Translations under genes and position numbers: made by a program
Assembly: GCA_012295275.1 (NCBI GenBank)
Contig: CM022669.1
Location: 8,556,001 to 8,620,000 of the forward strand
Reading direction: 5' to 3'
DNA: 64,000 nt
Source of the DNA: Chrysomallon squamiferum
Lineage: Eukaryota > Animalia > Mollusca
The notes under the pieces: generated by a model
What the model was told of the DNA's origin: nothing
The model's database searches: none
The model's input: the letters and a program-made list of their open reading frames with translations, nothing else
Shown here: positions 1 to 22,435 of the stretch, one piece after another
How the letters are laid out: every line of letters starts with the position of its first letter
Numbering within the stretch: position 1 is the first letter of the stretch

Positions 1-2227
1 ATTCTTTGACTATAAAATAAATGTCTAACATGAAAAAGCTCACTGCTGGGATTGATGTTAATTGAAATTTAAACTCTTGTAAATGAAAAATATACGACAA
101 GATTTATGCAGAAACTCGTTCTACAAACATTATCATCTATCCTTGGATTATTATAATGAATTTCTGAAAAAAAAATCATTAATATATGTATTTCATTCTG
201 TCAGATATAAATAAAACTAATATTGTGATGAGAAATGTGAAGATGACGAATGTGGAAGAAGCACAGTAAATAGTTTTAGATCTAAAATTTAAATTTACTT
301 GCATTTAGAATTAGTTCCAAAACAATCAGTTTTACCTGTACGGCAGTGTCTATCAAGTATACACACACCACGTTTGTGTACATATGTGTATAATCCTGTA
401 TTTTATTTTTTTTTTTCATTTATAAGTATAAATAGATTCAAATGGAGCGAAGAATAGTGGGCTACAATCGAAAGCTTCCATTTCGAATTACTATTTTCGC
501 ACAAATGGTGTACGTGATCTTGTGATGTGTATAATGCAATGTCCAGTATGTTTTTCCGCCCTTTGTCAGCCAAAGGGGTTGGGAGCGACACAGTGTCCAG
601 CCACTAGTTCCAATGTATTTGTTTTGACATAGCGTGAGTAGCCAGGGATAAGCTCGTTTCATGTATTTCATCTGAAATGTTGCCCATCCTCTTGACTAAA
701 TATACCAGGACGCTCTCTGGAGCAGGACTCACTTCACGTAGATCAACGTTCACGGATACTGAGAGCTGGATACTGCCTGGTGCTGATTCTTCAAGATTGG
801 TATTCGATTGTAGCCCACTTCCTTCGCTGAATGACGACGATGTAAATAACATTAACACTGTGTCTTTAAATCAAACTGTGAACAGGGAATCCGTTTGTAA
901 TGGACAAGATAATATCAGACTTAATCCAAGCAATAAAATGTGTGTGTGTGTGTGTGTGTCTGTGCGTGGCTCTCTATTAATCTACATCTATGTTAAGAAA
1001 GTCATGAAAAGACTGAAATTGGAAGGTGCGAGGACACTTCATATTAATATTATTTTCTCTATCAGTATCGGTCTGAAGACAAAATAGTATACTGATATTT
1101 AATAATCCTGTCAGTGAGGTCCGTCAATGAAAAACACATTTTTCGAAAAATCTTTCTTAAATGTGTTAAATTATTGTTAGTACGACTTACTTTGTCTTCA
1201 CACCAATACTGAGGGAGAAAATAAAATTAATGTGACTGATTGTTATGAAATATTTATTTAAAACATGAACGTGTCCTCGCGTTTTCGAGTTTCAGACTGT
1301 TTTTGATTTTATTGAATTTGTGTTAAATAAAATATTGGTTATAAATTACATGTATAAAAATATTTGTCTAGAAATCATTCGTAAATCTGTAGGAATTACT
1401 GGATTATTTCTCATAGATAATAAACGAAGTCAGGTGAACGATATTTTTCAGCCTGCAAATGAACAGAGCGTTTACCATAAATGTTTCTATATTTGTGAAT
1501 GTAGGAAAGGAAAAGAGTACTGATGTCATGAAACGATAAACATGAATAAACGTATGAATTTAGAATAAATTCTTATTCTGTCTAAGTTAAATAAATAAAT
1601 AAATAAACAGAAAATACATACGCATAAAAATAAAACTCTCCTGCATGTTTTGTACAAATTAGGCAGCTTAGCATGATTTAGAGTTTTAAACACAGCTATA
1701 CAAAAGATAACATATTTATTAGTCAAACAGAATTATCATTAATCTAGAACATATTGAAATGGGATATCTGATGGCTATTTCTGGTGATGACACCTTTTGA
1801 TGAAATATCTCATTTATTATTCGACTATAAAATAAATGTGTTCGTCACAACAGCTTTAATTTTTGTTTCAAGGTAAATAAAAAGTTTATAAGAAAACAGC
1901 TCATTGCAGACATTGCAATGAACTGAAAATTAAACTTGAATAAATTAACAAATATATTACAAATTTATGCAGAAACGGTTTCAGCCGTTGGATTAATTGA
2001 ACAAATATGATAGCTGCACATCTGTCATTCTGTGAAATATGAATAAAAATAATATTTCACTGAACTGGTGGGAAAAGTAATACATACTAATTATTCACAG
2101 ATGCGAAATTGATGTGAAAGAAGCACATGAAATAGTTTTAAAACATTCAGTTCACTTTTATAGCGGAGTCTATCATGTGTACATATTTATATCCATATTC
2201 ACACAGGTACATAGACAGGCATATACA

Positions 2228-2266
<39 letters not shown>

Positions 2267-2328
2267 GTGTGTGTGTGTGTCTGTGTGTGTGTGTGTTTAT
2301 CTCAGTATGTATGTATATATGTGTGTGT

Positions 2329-2365
<37 letters not shown>

Positions 2366-2400
2366 ATGTATGTACCTTTGTGTATATCTAAGTATGTATG

Positions 2401-2436
<36 letters not shown>

Positions 2437-2956
2437 TACACAAATACACTCACAAATACATATATACAAAAAGTAAACGCACAAATTATGACTAATAACT
2501 CATACAAAATTAAAACATCATAAATATGGAAGGAACGCATACAGATGTTATATAACATTAAAATTATATTTGTAGTTATTTAAAATGTGAACGTATCTTT
2601 GTCATGAATCAAAATGTCACTCTGATAAGTTGAACTAGCTAACGCTTTGATCTAATATTCAGTGAAAAGCATTACTGTATTTATCGTTGTAAAGTGAAGT
2701 CCTTTGTGCTCAGTTTGTTTCTATCTTTTATTTTCATAAATAATCTATCTTTGTTAATTAAAAGCGAAAAAGCATAGTAAAGAATAATAAAGAAAGAAGA
2801 AATTTGGGATATGGTGTATCTGACAAGGTGAAAAATGATAAAATGAAATTATTTGTCTTATTAACAGATGTAATTCATACATTATTCACACATTATTCAT
2901 ATATATTAATTTTAATACTGAATTTTAATTTATCTACGATACAAAAAAATAATTCT

Positions 2957-6558
<3,602 letters not shown>

Positions 6559-7223
6559 ATTGGCTAAAATCCGATTTTCTTCTTAGATTTTGTCTTTACA
6601 CCGATATTATTAGAGAAAATTAAAAAAGGTATGCAGACTGAAATCTGTTGATAATTTTTTAATTCACAAAAACATAGCGAACTGGTTATAAAATTGTTTA
6701 ATTATCCTCTAAGTGTCATCCGTTAATGTATAAAATATTTTTTGAAACATCGTTCTTAAATCTGTTACAGTGCTCATGAACAGTGCATGTCTGACGTTTA
6801 AGTTTGTGAAAATGTTACAGGTTCGTGTGAGTAACAGATCTGGCATGCATGAAACTCTCTATGTGTCTATAAATATGTATGTGGGCTAAACGATTGTGAC
6901 AATTTTGTCTGATAAAAGTGGTGCGACTATTTTCGTACATGAAGTGTATAAATATGGTTTTGAAATAAACACACGCACACACTCACACACACACAGATAT
7001 CACCGATACGCACATACTCACATGCAGAAGCACTCATACATATACGTATATATATGTTATTTTTTTTCGAATCACACAGTTATTAAAAGTTTTTTTTTTT
7101 GTTATAATGTAGTGGAACTTTTCTGTTCTTCTGTTTTCATTTCGAAATTTTTCTCACACAAGGTTTAGACTTTACTGAATAAGCTATACAATAATTTTAT
7201 CATACATTTTTATAAATGAATTA

Positions 7224-7460
7224 CAGATCAGCCCTTCATTTAAATACACTGAATATTATATATTAATTCTATACATGGAACTGTCATTCTGATTGATGTC
7301 TCATCATCTGTATGATAGCTTTGACTTGTCATAACCAGTTCCTGATTTTGAGTATGCGTATTCGTGTCAGAATCAGATGACGAAACATCAATCAGAATGA
7401 CAGCTCATTGTGTAGAATTAATGCATAATATTCAGTGTATTTAAATGAAGGACAGATCTG
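7224..7460. repeat. Fold-back element (~85-bp inverted arms, ~60-bp spacer); copies at 22489-22725, 45003-45239, 52671-52894
   Basis: ccttcatttaaatacactgaatattat...ctgtcattctgattgatgtctcatcatctg pairs with cagatgacgaaacatcaatcagaatgacag...ataatattcagtgtatttaaatgaagg. Confidence 0.85.
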
Positions 7461-7511
7461 AATGATATTTAAATATGTAAAGTGAAGAGTGTTTTTCGTA
7501 GAGAACAGGAC

Positions 7512-8104
<593 letters not shown>

Positions 8105-8741
8105 TTTTCTGTGATGTGGATCAGTGGTGTGGGAAGAAGTTAAGATGTGATATTTTGTAGAAACATTCAGACTCTTTAAACACACGGTGTACACGAATGT
8201 TTTGTCTCGTGGTTTGGACAAGTTTGTTCCTAACTCGAGAATGCTGACTGTCTTTTGACGGAGTATATACGAATATGCAGAAATAGATAACCAGAATGAA
8301 TGTCCTTCTGAAGATGCGTTACAGGAATGATTACTTTAGCGGTAAAACTTTTTCATACAAGAATTCAACATTTTTCAAAACGAAAGTTACGCGATTCTTT
8401 GTCTCTGTAATAAGTAGCTTTTCTCTTAACTAGCAATGAACGGGTTTTGTCCCTGTAAGAGATATTTTCATGAAGTATTTTGTTTCTGTATGCAATTACC
8501 CTCGATTTCCAATTAAAAAAAGATTCAATAACGTTTCACTTGCATTAACAGAGAACTGTGAAACAGAAGCAATATGGCATTAATCTACAATTCACTATTA
8601 CTTTTCATTTTATTCTCTAATTAGAAGACTGTAAAAAACATTCTTAATACAATGCACAATATTTTATTTTTACCATCAATATTTTCCCTTTAAGTCTGGT
8701 TGTATTTTTTTTTTGCCTTTTTGTCTCTGTTTAAACTTATA

Positions 8742-10530
8742 TGTATACAGAAAAAGATAAACAGTCTGACAGTGTAATATATAATATGGTATTTTCTTTT
8801 ATAATATATTAAAATGTAAGAAATGTATGCAGAGAAAGATAAACAGTCTGACAGTGTAATATATAATATGGTATTTTCTTTTATAATACATTAAAATGTA
8901 AGAAATGTATACAGAGAAAGATAAACAGTCTGACAGTGTAATATATAATATGGTATTTTCTTTTATAATACATTAAAATGTAAGAAATGTATACAGAGAA
9001 AGATAAACAGTCTGACAGTGTAATATATAGAATGGTATTTTCTTTTATAATATATTAAAATGTAAGAAATGTATACAGAGAAAGATAAACAGTCTGACAG
9101 TGTAATATATAGTATGGTATTTTCTTTTATAATATATTAAAATGTAAGAAATGTATACAGAAAAAGATAAACAGTGTAATATATAATATGGTATTTTCTT
9201 TTATAATATATTAAAATGTAAGAAATGTATACAGAGAAAGATAAACAGTCTGACAGTGTAATATATAATATGGTATTTTCTTTTATAATACATTAAAATG
9301 TAAGAAATGTATACAGAGAAAGATAAACAGTCTGACAGTGTAATATGGTATTTTCTTTTATAATATATTAAAATGTAAGAAATGTATACAGAAAAAGATA
9401 AACAGTCTGACAGTGTAATATATAATATGGTATTTTCTTTTATAATACATTAAAATGTAAGAAATGTATACAGAGAAAGATAAACAGTCTGACAGTGTAA
9501 TATATAATATGGTATTTTCTTTTATAATATATTAAAATGTAAGAAATGTATACAGAAAAAGATAAACAGTCTGACAGTGTAATATATAATATGGTATTTT
9601 CTTTTATAATATATTAAAATGTAAGAAATGTATACAGAAAAAGATAAACAGTGTAATATATAATATGGTATTTTCTTTTATAATATATTAAAATGTAAGA
9701 AATGTATACAGAAAAAGATAAACAGTCTGACAGTGTAATATATAATATGGTATTTTCTTTTATAATACATTAAAATGTAAGAAATGTATACAGAGAAAGA
9801 TAAACAGTCTGACAGTGTAATATATAATATGGTATTTTCTTTTATAATATATTAAAATGTAAGAAATGTATACAGAGAAAGATAAACAGTCTGACAGTGT
9901 AATATATAATATGGTATTTTCTTTTATAATATATTAAAATGTAAGAAATGTATACAGAAAAAGATAAACAGTCTGACAGTGTAATATATAATATGGTATT
10001 TTCTTTTATAATATATTAAAATGTAAGAAATGTATACAGAGAAAGATAAACAGTCTGACAGTGTAATATATAATATGGTATTTTCTTTTATAATACATTA
10101 AAATGTAAGAAATGTATACAGAGAAAGATAAACAGTCTGACAGTGTAATATATAATATGGTATTTTCTTTTATAATACATTAAAATGTAAGAAATGTATA
10201 CAGAGAAAGATAAACAGTCTGACAGTGTAATATATAATATGGTATTTTCTTTTATAATACATTAAAATGTAAGAAATGTATACAGAGAAAGATAAACAGT
10301 CTGACAGTGTAATATATAATATGGTATTTTCTTTTATAATACATTAAAATGTAAGAAATGTATACAGAGAAAGATAAACAGTCTGACAGTGTAATATATA
10401 ATATGGTATTTTCTTTTGTAATATATTAAAATGTAAGAAATGTATACAGAGAAAGATAAACAGTCTGACAGTGTAATATATAATATGGTATTTTCTTTTA
10501 TAATATATTAAAATGTAAGAAATGTATGCA
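8742..10530. repeat. 82-bp minisatellite, ~22 copies
   Basis: Unit aatgtatacagagaaagataaacagtctgacagtgtaatatataatatggtattttcttttataatatattaaaatgtaaga; period 82 (8821 to 8903), with occasional 7-8-nt deletions. Confidence 0.95.
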
Positions 10531-11290
10531 GTTGGTCTAGCTAGTCTCGTCTTCTTATTCTAGTCGTATGATAATACAAAACCTTGATCGGCACTTCGTG
10601 GTATTTAATAGTTTTTTTCAGTATTTGACTTTGCTTGGACGTGACGAAGAGATGAGAATTCGTCAAAAGAAATAAAACAAAAATTAGAATTCTCTAAATA
10701 TTTAAAACAAACAATTCAAACGAATTATTATTCAGAGGCAACAACACTGATAAACTTGTATTTGTAATATTTTAATTTTTTCACCGAACTGTGACTTTAC
10801 AAAATATTTCTCCCAGCGATGACATGAATCGTCACAACTGATGGCCGAATTTAAGAACTCGACAAAGGTACAAAAGAAAAAAAAAAATAATCTCACTTTA
10901 TTTTCATGACAAGAACTACCAGTGTGTTACCAGTCTATAAATCAGATTTGTTTTGGATAGCAACAAACTAATAATTACAATTTTTCTTTCCAGTGTTCTT
11001 TACTTCAAAAATTTCAATAGCATTTCAATCAGTCATGCACTTTAATAAAATATACACTAGCTGTTAACTATGTTATTATTCTGGGTAACGTTGATGTTCT
11101 GTTAAAAGTACGATTCTCACACGAGCAAATAGACGAACAAACAAATATACACAGATCGCATCTTGGGATGTGTGTGTGTGTGTCTACATTATGTTTGTAA
11201 GAATACATTTCACTATACCTACGTCTATCAGTATTCTGAAATGATCTAAAGGCAATCTTAAAAAATTTCGATTAAGCTTTATTATCCTTA

Positions 11291-11321
<31 letters not shown>

Positions 11322-12506
11322 TTTATTTGTTTATTTGTTTGTTTTTCAGTTCGTCCACTTCTCCATTTGAATCTATTCATACTTATAAATGAAAATAATA
11401 AAATACAGGACTATACACATATGTACACAAACGTGGTGTGTGTAAACTTGATAGGCACTGCAGTACACGTAAAACTGATTGTTTTGGAACTAATTCTAAA
11501 TGCAAGTAAATTTAAATTTTAGTTCTAAAACTATTTATTATACTTCTTCCACATTCGTCAGCTTCACATTTCTCAGCAAAATATTAGTTTTATTTATATT
11601 TGACAGAATGAAATACATACATTAATGATTTTTTTCTTCAGAAATTCATTATAATAATCCAAGGATAGATGATAATGTTTGTAGAACGAGTTTCTGCATA
11701 AATCTTGTCGTATATTTTTTATTTACAAAAGTTTAAGTTTCAATTAACATCAATCCCAGCAGTGAGCTTTTTCATGATAGAAATTTATTTTATAGTCAAA
11801 GAATAACCGAGTTGTTTCAACGAAAAGTGAGAAGCGTAGTTCACTAGAAGTTAAACAAAAAAATAGCATAACCAGAAAGATCGAAAAGAAATCTGGTTGT
11901 AATTTGTTCTAGGCTTATGATTATTTTGTTAATTGATCTGTTTTCTTCTGTATCGGTGATTATGCGAATCATACTAAGCTACATGACTTGAATAAAACAT
12001 CCAGAAAAGTTTTATTTTTCAAAATCTATATTCCTTATGATTGATTGATTGTAAAACTTTAGATTTGAGTTCATTTTTAGTTTTTCATCGCATCGGCATT
12101 CATTTTCTTCTATAAATTAACAAATGTATAAACATTTATGATAAAATGATTTTACACGTAATGCAGTTACGTCTTAACCTTATGTGAAAGCAATTTTCCA
12201 ATGAAAAGAAAAAACCCAAATACATTCCACAATATGATGACAAAAGATATTTTTATAATTTTATGATTCCAAAAAAAATAAAAAATACATGGGTGTATCT
12301 GTGTGTTTGAAACTGTATGTGTGTCTATCTGTGTATCTCTCTGTATACTAACGAATCTTGCTTATACCACAATTAAATGAGAGTATACTATTTTTATCCG
12401 AATTAAAAAGTTATCAGAAGATGTCAAACTGCACACTGGATTTTATTTTCAAACTCAATATCGGTGTAAAGACAAAATCTAAGAAACAAATAAGATTTGA
12501 GCCAAT

Positions 12507-15866
<3,360 letters not shown>

Positions 15867-16778
15867 GTCTTGTTTCCTTCTGAAAATCACTCCTTGCATC
15901 GCATGTTAAATATCATTCAGATCTGTCCTTCATTTAAATACACTGAATATTATACATTAATTCTATACATGGAACTGTCATTCTGACTGATATCTCATCA
16001 TCTGATTCTAAGATAATAGCTTTCAATTGTCATAACCATCTCATCATACACATATACATACATACTTATACACAGAGAAACACACAGACACATACACACA
16101 GATACATACACACAGACACAAACACACAGACACATGCACACAGACACATAAACACCGATGCATACACTGCCAGTCCTTCATTTAAGTGTGTATATTTATA
16201 TGTAGATATGTTATATAAAGTAACTCTAGTTACATTCTAAGATGATCTAAAGCCACATTCTACGCAACCGAAGACAAGACTCTATTGTTTCCTGTGCATT
16301 ATCTCTACTAATTGCAACATTTATATCTATGTAAACAGTTACGACTGTCCTTATGACTGTTTTTGGTATTTCCTGTACAATATCTAACAACTGACTGAAG
16401 TAAAACTCTAATTTCATGTGTGTTGGAATGTGTTTATATAACCATATTTTAAAGAGCGAAAGGTGTGTTATCTAACTGTGTCATTTGGAAAGAAGGGAAC
16501 TTAGGATTTATAAGCATGTGTAAGTGACCATTGTATTAGTCATACATTGGTCGTTTCCTATTTCATTCTGCACCTTTCTTGTGTGTCTGTGTGTAATGTG
16601 TCTTTGTATGTATACCTATTTTTTTTATTTTGGATAAAAAGATATTTTTCTCATTCCAGTGATTCGAGCTAAAGTGGTGTGTTCTACTTTAGCCCTGAAA
16701 TGTTTGCTAATAAGAGAGGATGAAAACACTTGAGACAGATATTGGGAATATAACATTGATTATTCCGATTGTACTTAC

Positions 16779-16876
16779 ATTCGGCAGTTCAGTCCGTTGC
16801 TGAGTTCAGTAGTACAATATCTGGATATCTCCTGTCGAATGTTTCAAGTAGGTGATAGACGGTTTTATTCTATATA
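16779..16876 (-). promoter_or_regulatory. Putative TATA and non-coding first exon of subfamily B (G2; homologues ~27784-27881 minus and ~47821-47918 plus)
   Basis: TATATAGA, then ~90 nt ending in gccgaat|GTAAGT. A matching acceptor ttttcag| lies 13 nt before the ATG. Conserved in all three B copies. Confidence 0.45.
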
Positions 16877-17415
16877 CATCGGCAGACATTGTGGGGTATC
16901 TCTTCAGAAAGACACACATACACACACACACATACACACATACATTAAACTAACTGATTCGTGTTATTCGACAAGCACAGTGACAGTGGACAATCAACTG
17001 TCAGCCACTGTTTTGTTACATTAGAAATTTAAACAATTTCGTTAAACACTAATAAAACTGAACACTAAAACATCTGCTACTGAAATGATGTGTCAAGATG
17101 TAACGAAATAAGCAGATTATTCTTTCACATGTTATGATTTACAACATTTTAGCTGTCAAATAATAATGAAATAATTTTTTTTTTTTTTTTTTTTTACATA
17201 TAATATATAAATATTATTTATTAGAAAAAAGGTTTAAATAAGAATGTATTAAATATTCATGTGGTCAATCTAAATACATCTGAAAAATTACGTCACTCAA
17301 AATACATACGGTATAGTTTAAAAATATGTTGGTGTCCAACGCACACAATGAATAGTTATGTTTAAAACGACAAGTGACCTAGCAGGATTTTGTTATGCCG
17401 TCATTGCACATCTAG

Positions 17416-17604
17416 CAACTTTGGTTGTCGATGGAATTTTAGCTTCATGTTATGACTTTGTCGATCACGACTTTGAACATTTCATCCTCACTCAATTCCG
17501 CTGGTTTCCGTGGCTTCTGGCAAGAAGACATATCTAGTCCAATAATAGAAGTAATGGATTATTTAGGCACGTTGCTGATTCCTGGAAACATCGACTCAAT
17601 GTGA
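17416..17604 (+). pseudogene. Degenerate orphan exon 6 (Hint C-terminus/SRR)
   Basis: TLVVDGILASCYDFVDHDFEHFILTQFRWFPWL, then a frameshifting deletion, then WQEDISSPIIEVMDYLGTLLIPGNIDSM*; 5' end eroded. Confidence 0.8.
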
Positions 17605-18327
17605 ATTGGCTAAGATCAGATTTTCTTCTTAGATCTTTGTTTTTACACTGGTACTGAGAGATATAATAAAATAAAGTCTGCTGACTGAAATCTGTTGATA
17701 ACTTTTCAATTCTCAAAAAAAACAACAAAAACAAAAAAAAAACAGCATTTATTTATCCTTTAATGTATCATTCTATTTTTTAAAACTTCATTAATAATGC
17801 TTTTAAAATTATAGTTTGGTACGAATTACTCGATTACTGCTTTGTCTTCACACCAGTACTGACAGAGAAAATAATATGAATACGACATATGGTTAGGAAA
17901 TATTTATTTAAAACACCAGCGTGTGCTGCTGTCTTCCTGTTTCAGTCTGTTTATTAGTTGTTTCTATGCAATACAGCAATGTTTCGTTTACAACCATGTT
18001 TCACTTCATTTCCTAATTCTTTAACGACCGTCTATTATTTATTTGTATGACTGTGTATTTGTGGAACATACATGCCTAATTCACTTTTGTTTGACGTGAA
18101 TTCTAGGACATGTGTCTTTGTTGTACAATATTATTTATATATAAATCTTCAATGATTATATAATGTACATTCTTTTTTGTTTTTATATTAACCATACGAA
18201 TTTAAACCATGAAGGAGGTTGTTTCTTCATTGAACGTCATTGCAGCTTTTTTTATGTTTTGTTTTGTTTTTTTCTTTTTTATATATATTATTTAAAGGTT
18301 TTAATACCAGTAAATATTTCATTACAG

Positions 18328-18551
18328 GTTTGTACGTACCAGTCACAGAGACAGGAACTCTTGTTGTCGATGGAATTTTAGCTTCATGTCATGGTTTCGT
18401 CGATCACCACTTTGAACACTTCATCCTCACTCCATTCCGCTGGTTTCCGTGGCTACTGGAACCTTGGCAAGAAGACGGATCTAGTCCAATAATAGAAGGA
18501 ATGAGATATCTGGGCACGTTGCTGATTCCTGGAAATGTCGACACAATGTGA
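18328..18551 (+). pseudogene. Orphan exon 6 (inverted duplicate of G2 exon 6 with part of intron 5)
   Basis: Open 224-nt exon encoding the same peptide as G2 exon 6. Homology to G2 intron 5 stops at ~17960; no upstream exons 1-5 in this orientation nearby. Confidence 0.8.
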
Positions 18552-20539
18552 ACTTGATCAAATCTTATTTGTTTCTTAGATTTTGTCTTTACGCCGATAT
18601 TGAGTTTGAAAATAAAATCCAGTGTGCAGTTTGACATCTTCTGATAACTTTTTAATTCGGATAAAAATAGTATACTCTCATTTAATTGTGGTATAAGCAA
18701 GATTCGTTAGTATATAGAGAGATACACAGACAGACACACACATAAAGTTTCAAACACACAGATACACACATATAATTTTAGGAATCATAAAATTATAAAA
18801 ATTTCTTTTGTCATGATATTATGGAATGTATTTGGGTTTTTTTCTTTTCATTGGAAAATTGCTTTGACATAAGGTTAAGACGTAACTGCATAAAATAACT
18901 TTATCATAAATGTTTATACATTTGTTAATTTATAGAAGAAAATGAATGCAGATTCGATGAAAAAATAAAAATGAACTCAAATCTAAATTTCTAACAATCA
19001 GTCAATAATAAGGAATATAGATTTTGAAAAATAAAACTTTTCTGGATGTTTTATTCAAGTCATGTAGCTTAGTATGATTCGCATAATCACCGATACAGAA
19101 GAAAACAGATCAATTAAGAAAATAATCATAAGCCTAGAACAAATTACAACCAGATTTCTTTTCGATCTTTCTGGTTATGCTATTTTTTTGTTTAACTTCT
19201 AGTGAACTACGCTTCTCACTTTTCGTTGAAACAACTCGGTTATTCTTTGACTATAAAATAAATTTCTATCATGAAAAAGCTCACTGCTGGGATTGATGTT
19301 AATTGAAACTTAAACTTTTGTAAATAAAAAATATACGACAAGATTTATGCAGAAACTCGTTCTACAAACATTATCATCTATCCTTGGATTATTATAATGA
19401 ATTTCTGAAAAAAAAAAAAAAAAAATCATTAATGTATGTATTTCATTCTGTCAAATATAAATAAAACTAATATTGTGCTGAGAAATGTGAAGCTGACGAA
19501 CGTGGAAGAAGCACAATAAATAGTTTTAGAACTAAAATTTAAATTTACTTGCATTTAGAATTAGTTCCAAAACAATCAGTTTTACGTGTACGGTAGTGCC
19601 TATCAAGTATACACACACCACGTTTGTGTACATATGTGTATAGTCCTGTATTTTATTATTTTCATTTATAAGTATGAATAGATTCAAATGGAGAAGTGGA
19701 CGAACTGAAAAACAAACAAACAAACAAATAAATAAATAAATAAATAAATAATAATAATATTAATAATAATAATAAGGATAATAAAGCATAATCGAAATTT
19801 TTTAAGATAGCTTTTGATCATTTCAGAATACTGATAGACGTAGGTATAGTCAAATGCATTCTTACAAACATAATGTAGACACACATACACACATCCCAAG
19901 ATGCGATCTGTGATAATTTGTTTGTTCGTCTGTTTGCTCGTGTGAGAATTGTACTTTTAACAGAACACCAGCGTTACCCAGAATAATAACATAGTATATA
20001 ATTTATTAAAGTGCATGACTGATCGAAATGCTATTGAAATTTTTGAAGTAAAGAACACTGGAAAGAAAAATTTTAATTATTAGTTTGTTGCTATCCAAAA
20101 CAAATCTGATTTATAGACTGGTAACACACTGGTAGTTCTTGTCATGAAAATAAAGTGAGATTATTTTATTTATTTTTTTTGTACCTTTGTCGAGTTCTTA
20201 AATTCGGCCATCAGTTGTGACGATTCATGTCATCGCCGGGAGAAATATTTTGTAAAGTCACAGTTCGGTGAACATTTAAAAAAATTACAAATACAAGTTT
20301 ATCAGTGTTGTTGCCTCTGAATAATAATTCGTTTGCATTGTTTGTTTTAAATATTTAGAGAATTCTATAGCCTTTGTGGACTTTTGTTTTGTTTATTTCT
20401 GTTGACGAATTCTCGTCTCTTCGTCACGTCCAAGCAAAGTCAAATGCTGAAAAAAACTATTAAATACCACGAAGTGCCGATCAAGGTTTTGTATTATCAT
20501 ACGACTAGAATAAGAAGACGAGGCTAGCTTGAGCAACTG

Positions 20540-21220
20540 CATACATTTCTTACATTTTAATGTATTACAAAAGAAAATACCATATTATATATTACACTGT
20601 CAGACTGTTTATCTTTCTCTGTATACATTTCTTACATTTTAATATGTTATAAAAGAAAATACCATATTATATATTACACTGTCAGACTGTTTATCTTTCT
20701 CTGCATACATTTCTTACATTTTAATATATTATAAAAGAAAATACCATATTACACTGTCAGACTGTTTATCTTTCTCTGCATACATTTCTTACATTTTAAT
20801 GTATTTTTAAAAAAATACCATATTATACATTACACTGTCAGACTGTTTATCTTTCTCTGTATACATTTCTTACATTTTAATGTATTATAAAAGTAAATAC
20901 CATATTATACATTACACTGTCAGACTGTTTATCTTTCTCTGTATACATTTCTTACATTTTAATGTATTATAAAAGAAAATACAATATTATATATTACACT
21001 GTCAGACTGTTTATCTTTTTCTGCATACATTTCTTACATTTTAATATATTATAAAAGAAAATACCATATTATATTATAAAAGAAAATACCATATTATATA
21101 TTACACTGTCAGACTGTTTATCTTTCTCTGTTTACATTTCTTACATTTTAATATATTATAAAAGAAAATACCATATTATATATTACACTGTCAGACTGTT
21201 TATCTTTTTCTGTATACATA
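20540..21220. repeat. Same 82-bp minisatellite, inverted, ~8 copies
   Basis: Reverse complement of the 8742-10530 unit with the same flanks. Confidence 0.93.
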
Positions 21221-21844
21221 CAAGTTTAAACAGAGACAAAAAGGCAAAACAAATACCAGACTTAAAGGGAAAATATTGATCGTGACAAATAAAATATTAT
21301 GCGTTGTTATAAGAATTTTTTTTTACAGACTTCTAATTAGAGAATAAAATGAAAAGTAATAGTGAATTGTAGATTAATGCCATATTGCTTCTGTTTCACA
21401 GTTCTCTGTTAATGCAAGTGAAACGTTATTGAATCTTTTTTTAATTGGAAATCGAGAGTAACTGCATACAGAAACAAAATACTTCATGAAAATAACTCTT
21501 ACAGGGACAAAACCCGTTCATTGCTAATTACGAGAAAAGCTAGTTATTACAGAGACAAAGAATCGCGTAACTTTCGTTTTGAAAAATGTTGAATTCTTGT
21601 ATGAAAAAGTTTTACCGCTGAAGTAATCATTCCTGTAACGCATTTTCAGAAGGACATTAATTCTGGTTACCTATTTCTGCATATTCGTATATACTCCGTC
21701 AAAAGACAGTCAGCATTCTCGAGTTAGGAACAAACTTGTCCAAACCACGAGACAAAACATTCGTGAACACCGTGTGTCTGAATGTTTCTACAAAATATCA
21801 CATCTTAACTTTTTCCTACACCACTGATCCACATCACAGAAAAA

Positions 21845-22435
<591 letters not shown>

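Noticed and set aside
8742-10530. CRISPR-like array
   Set aside because: Head-to-tail 82-bp units with no unique spacers, in eukaryotic DNA with no cas genes.
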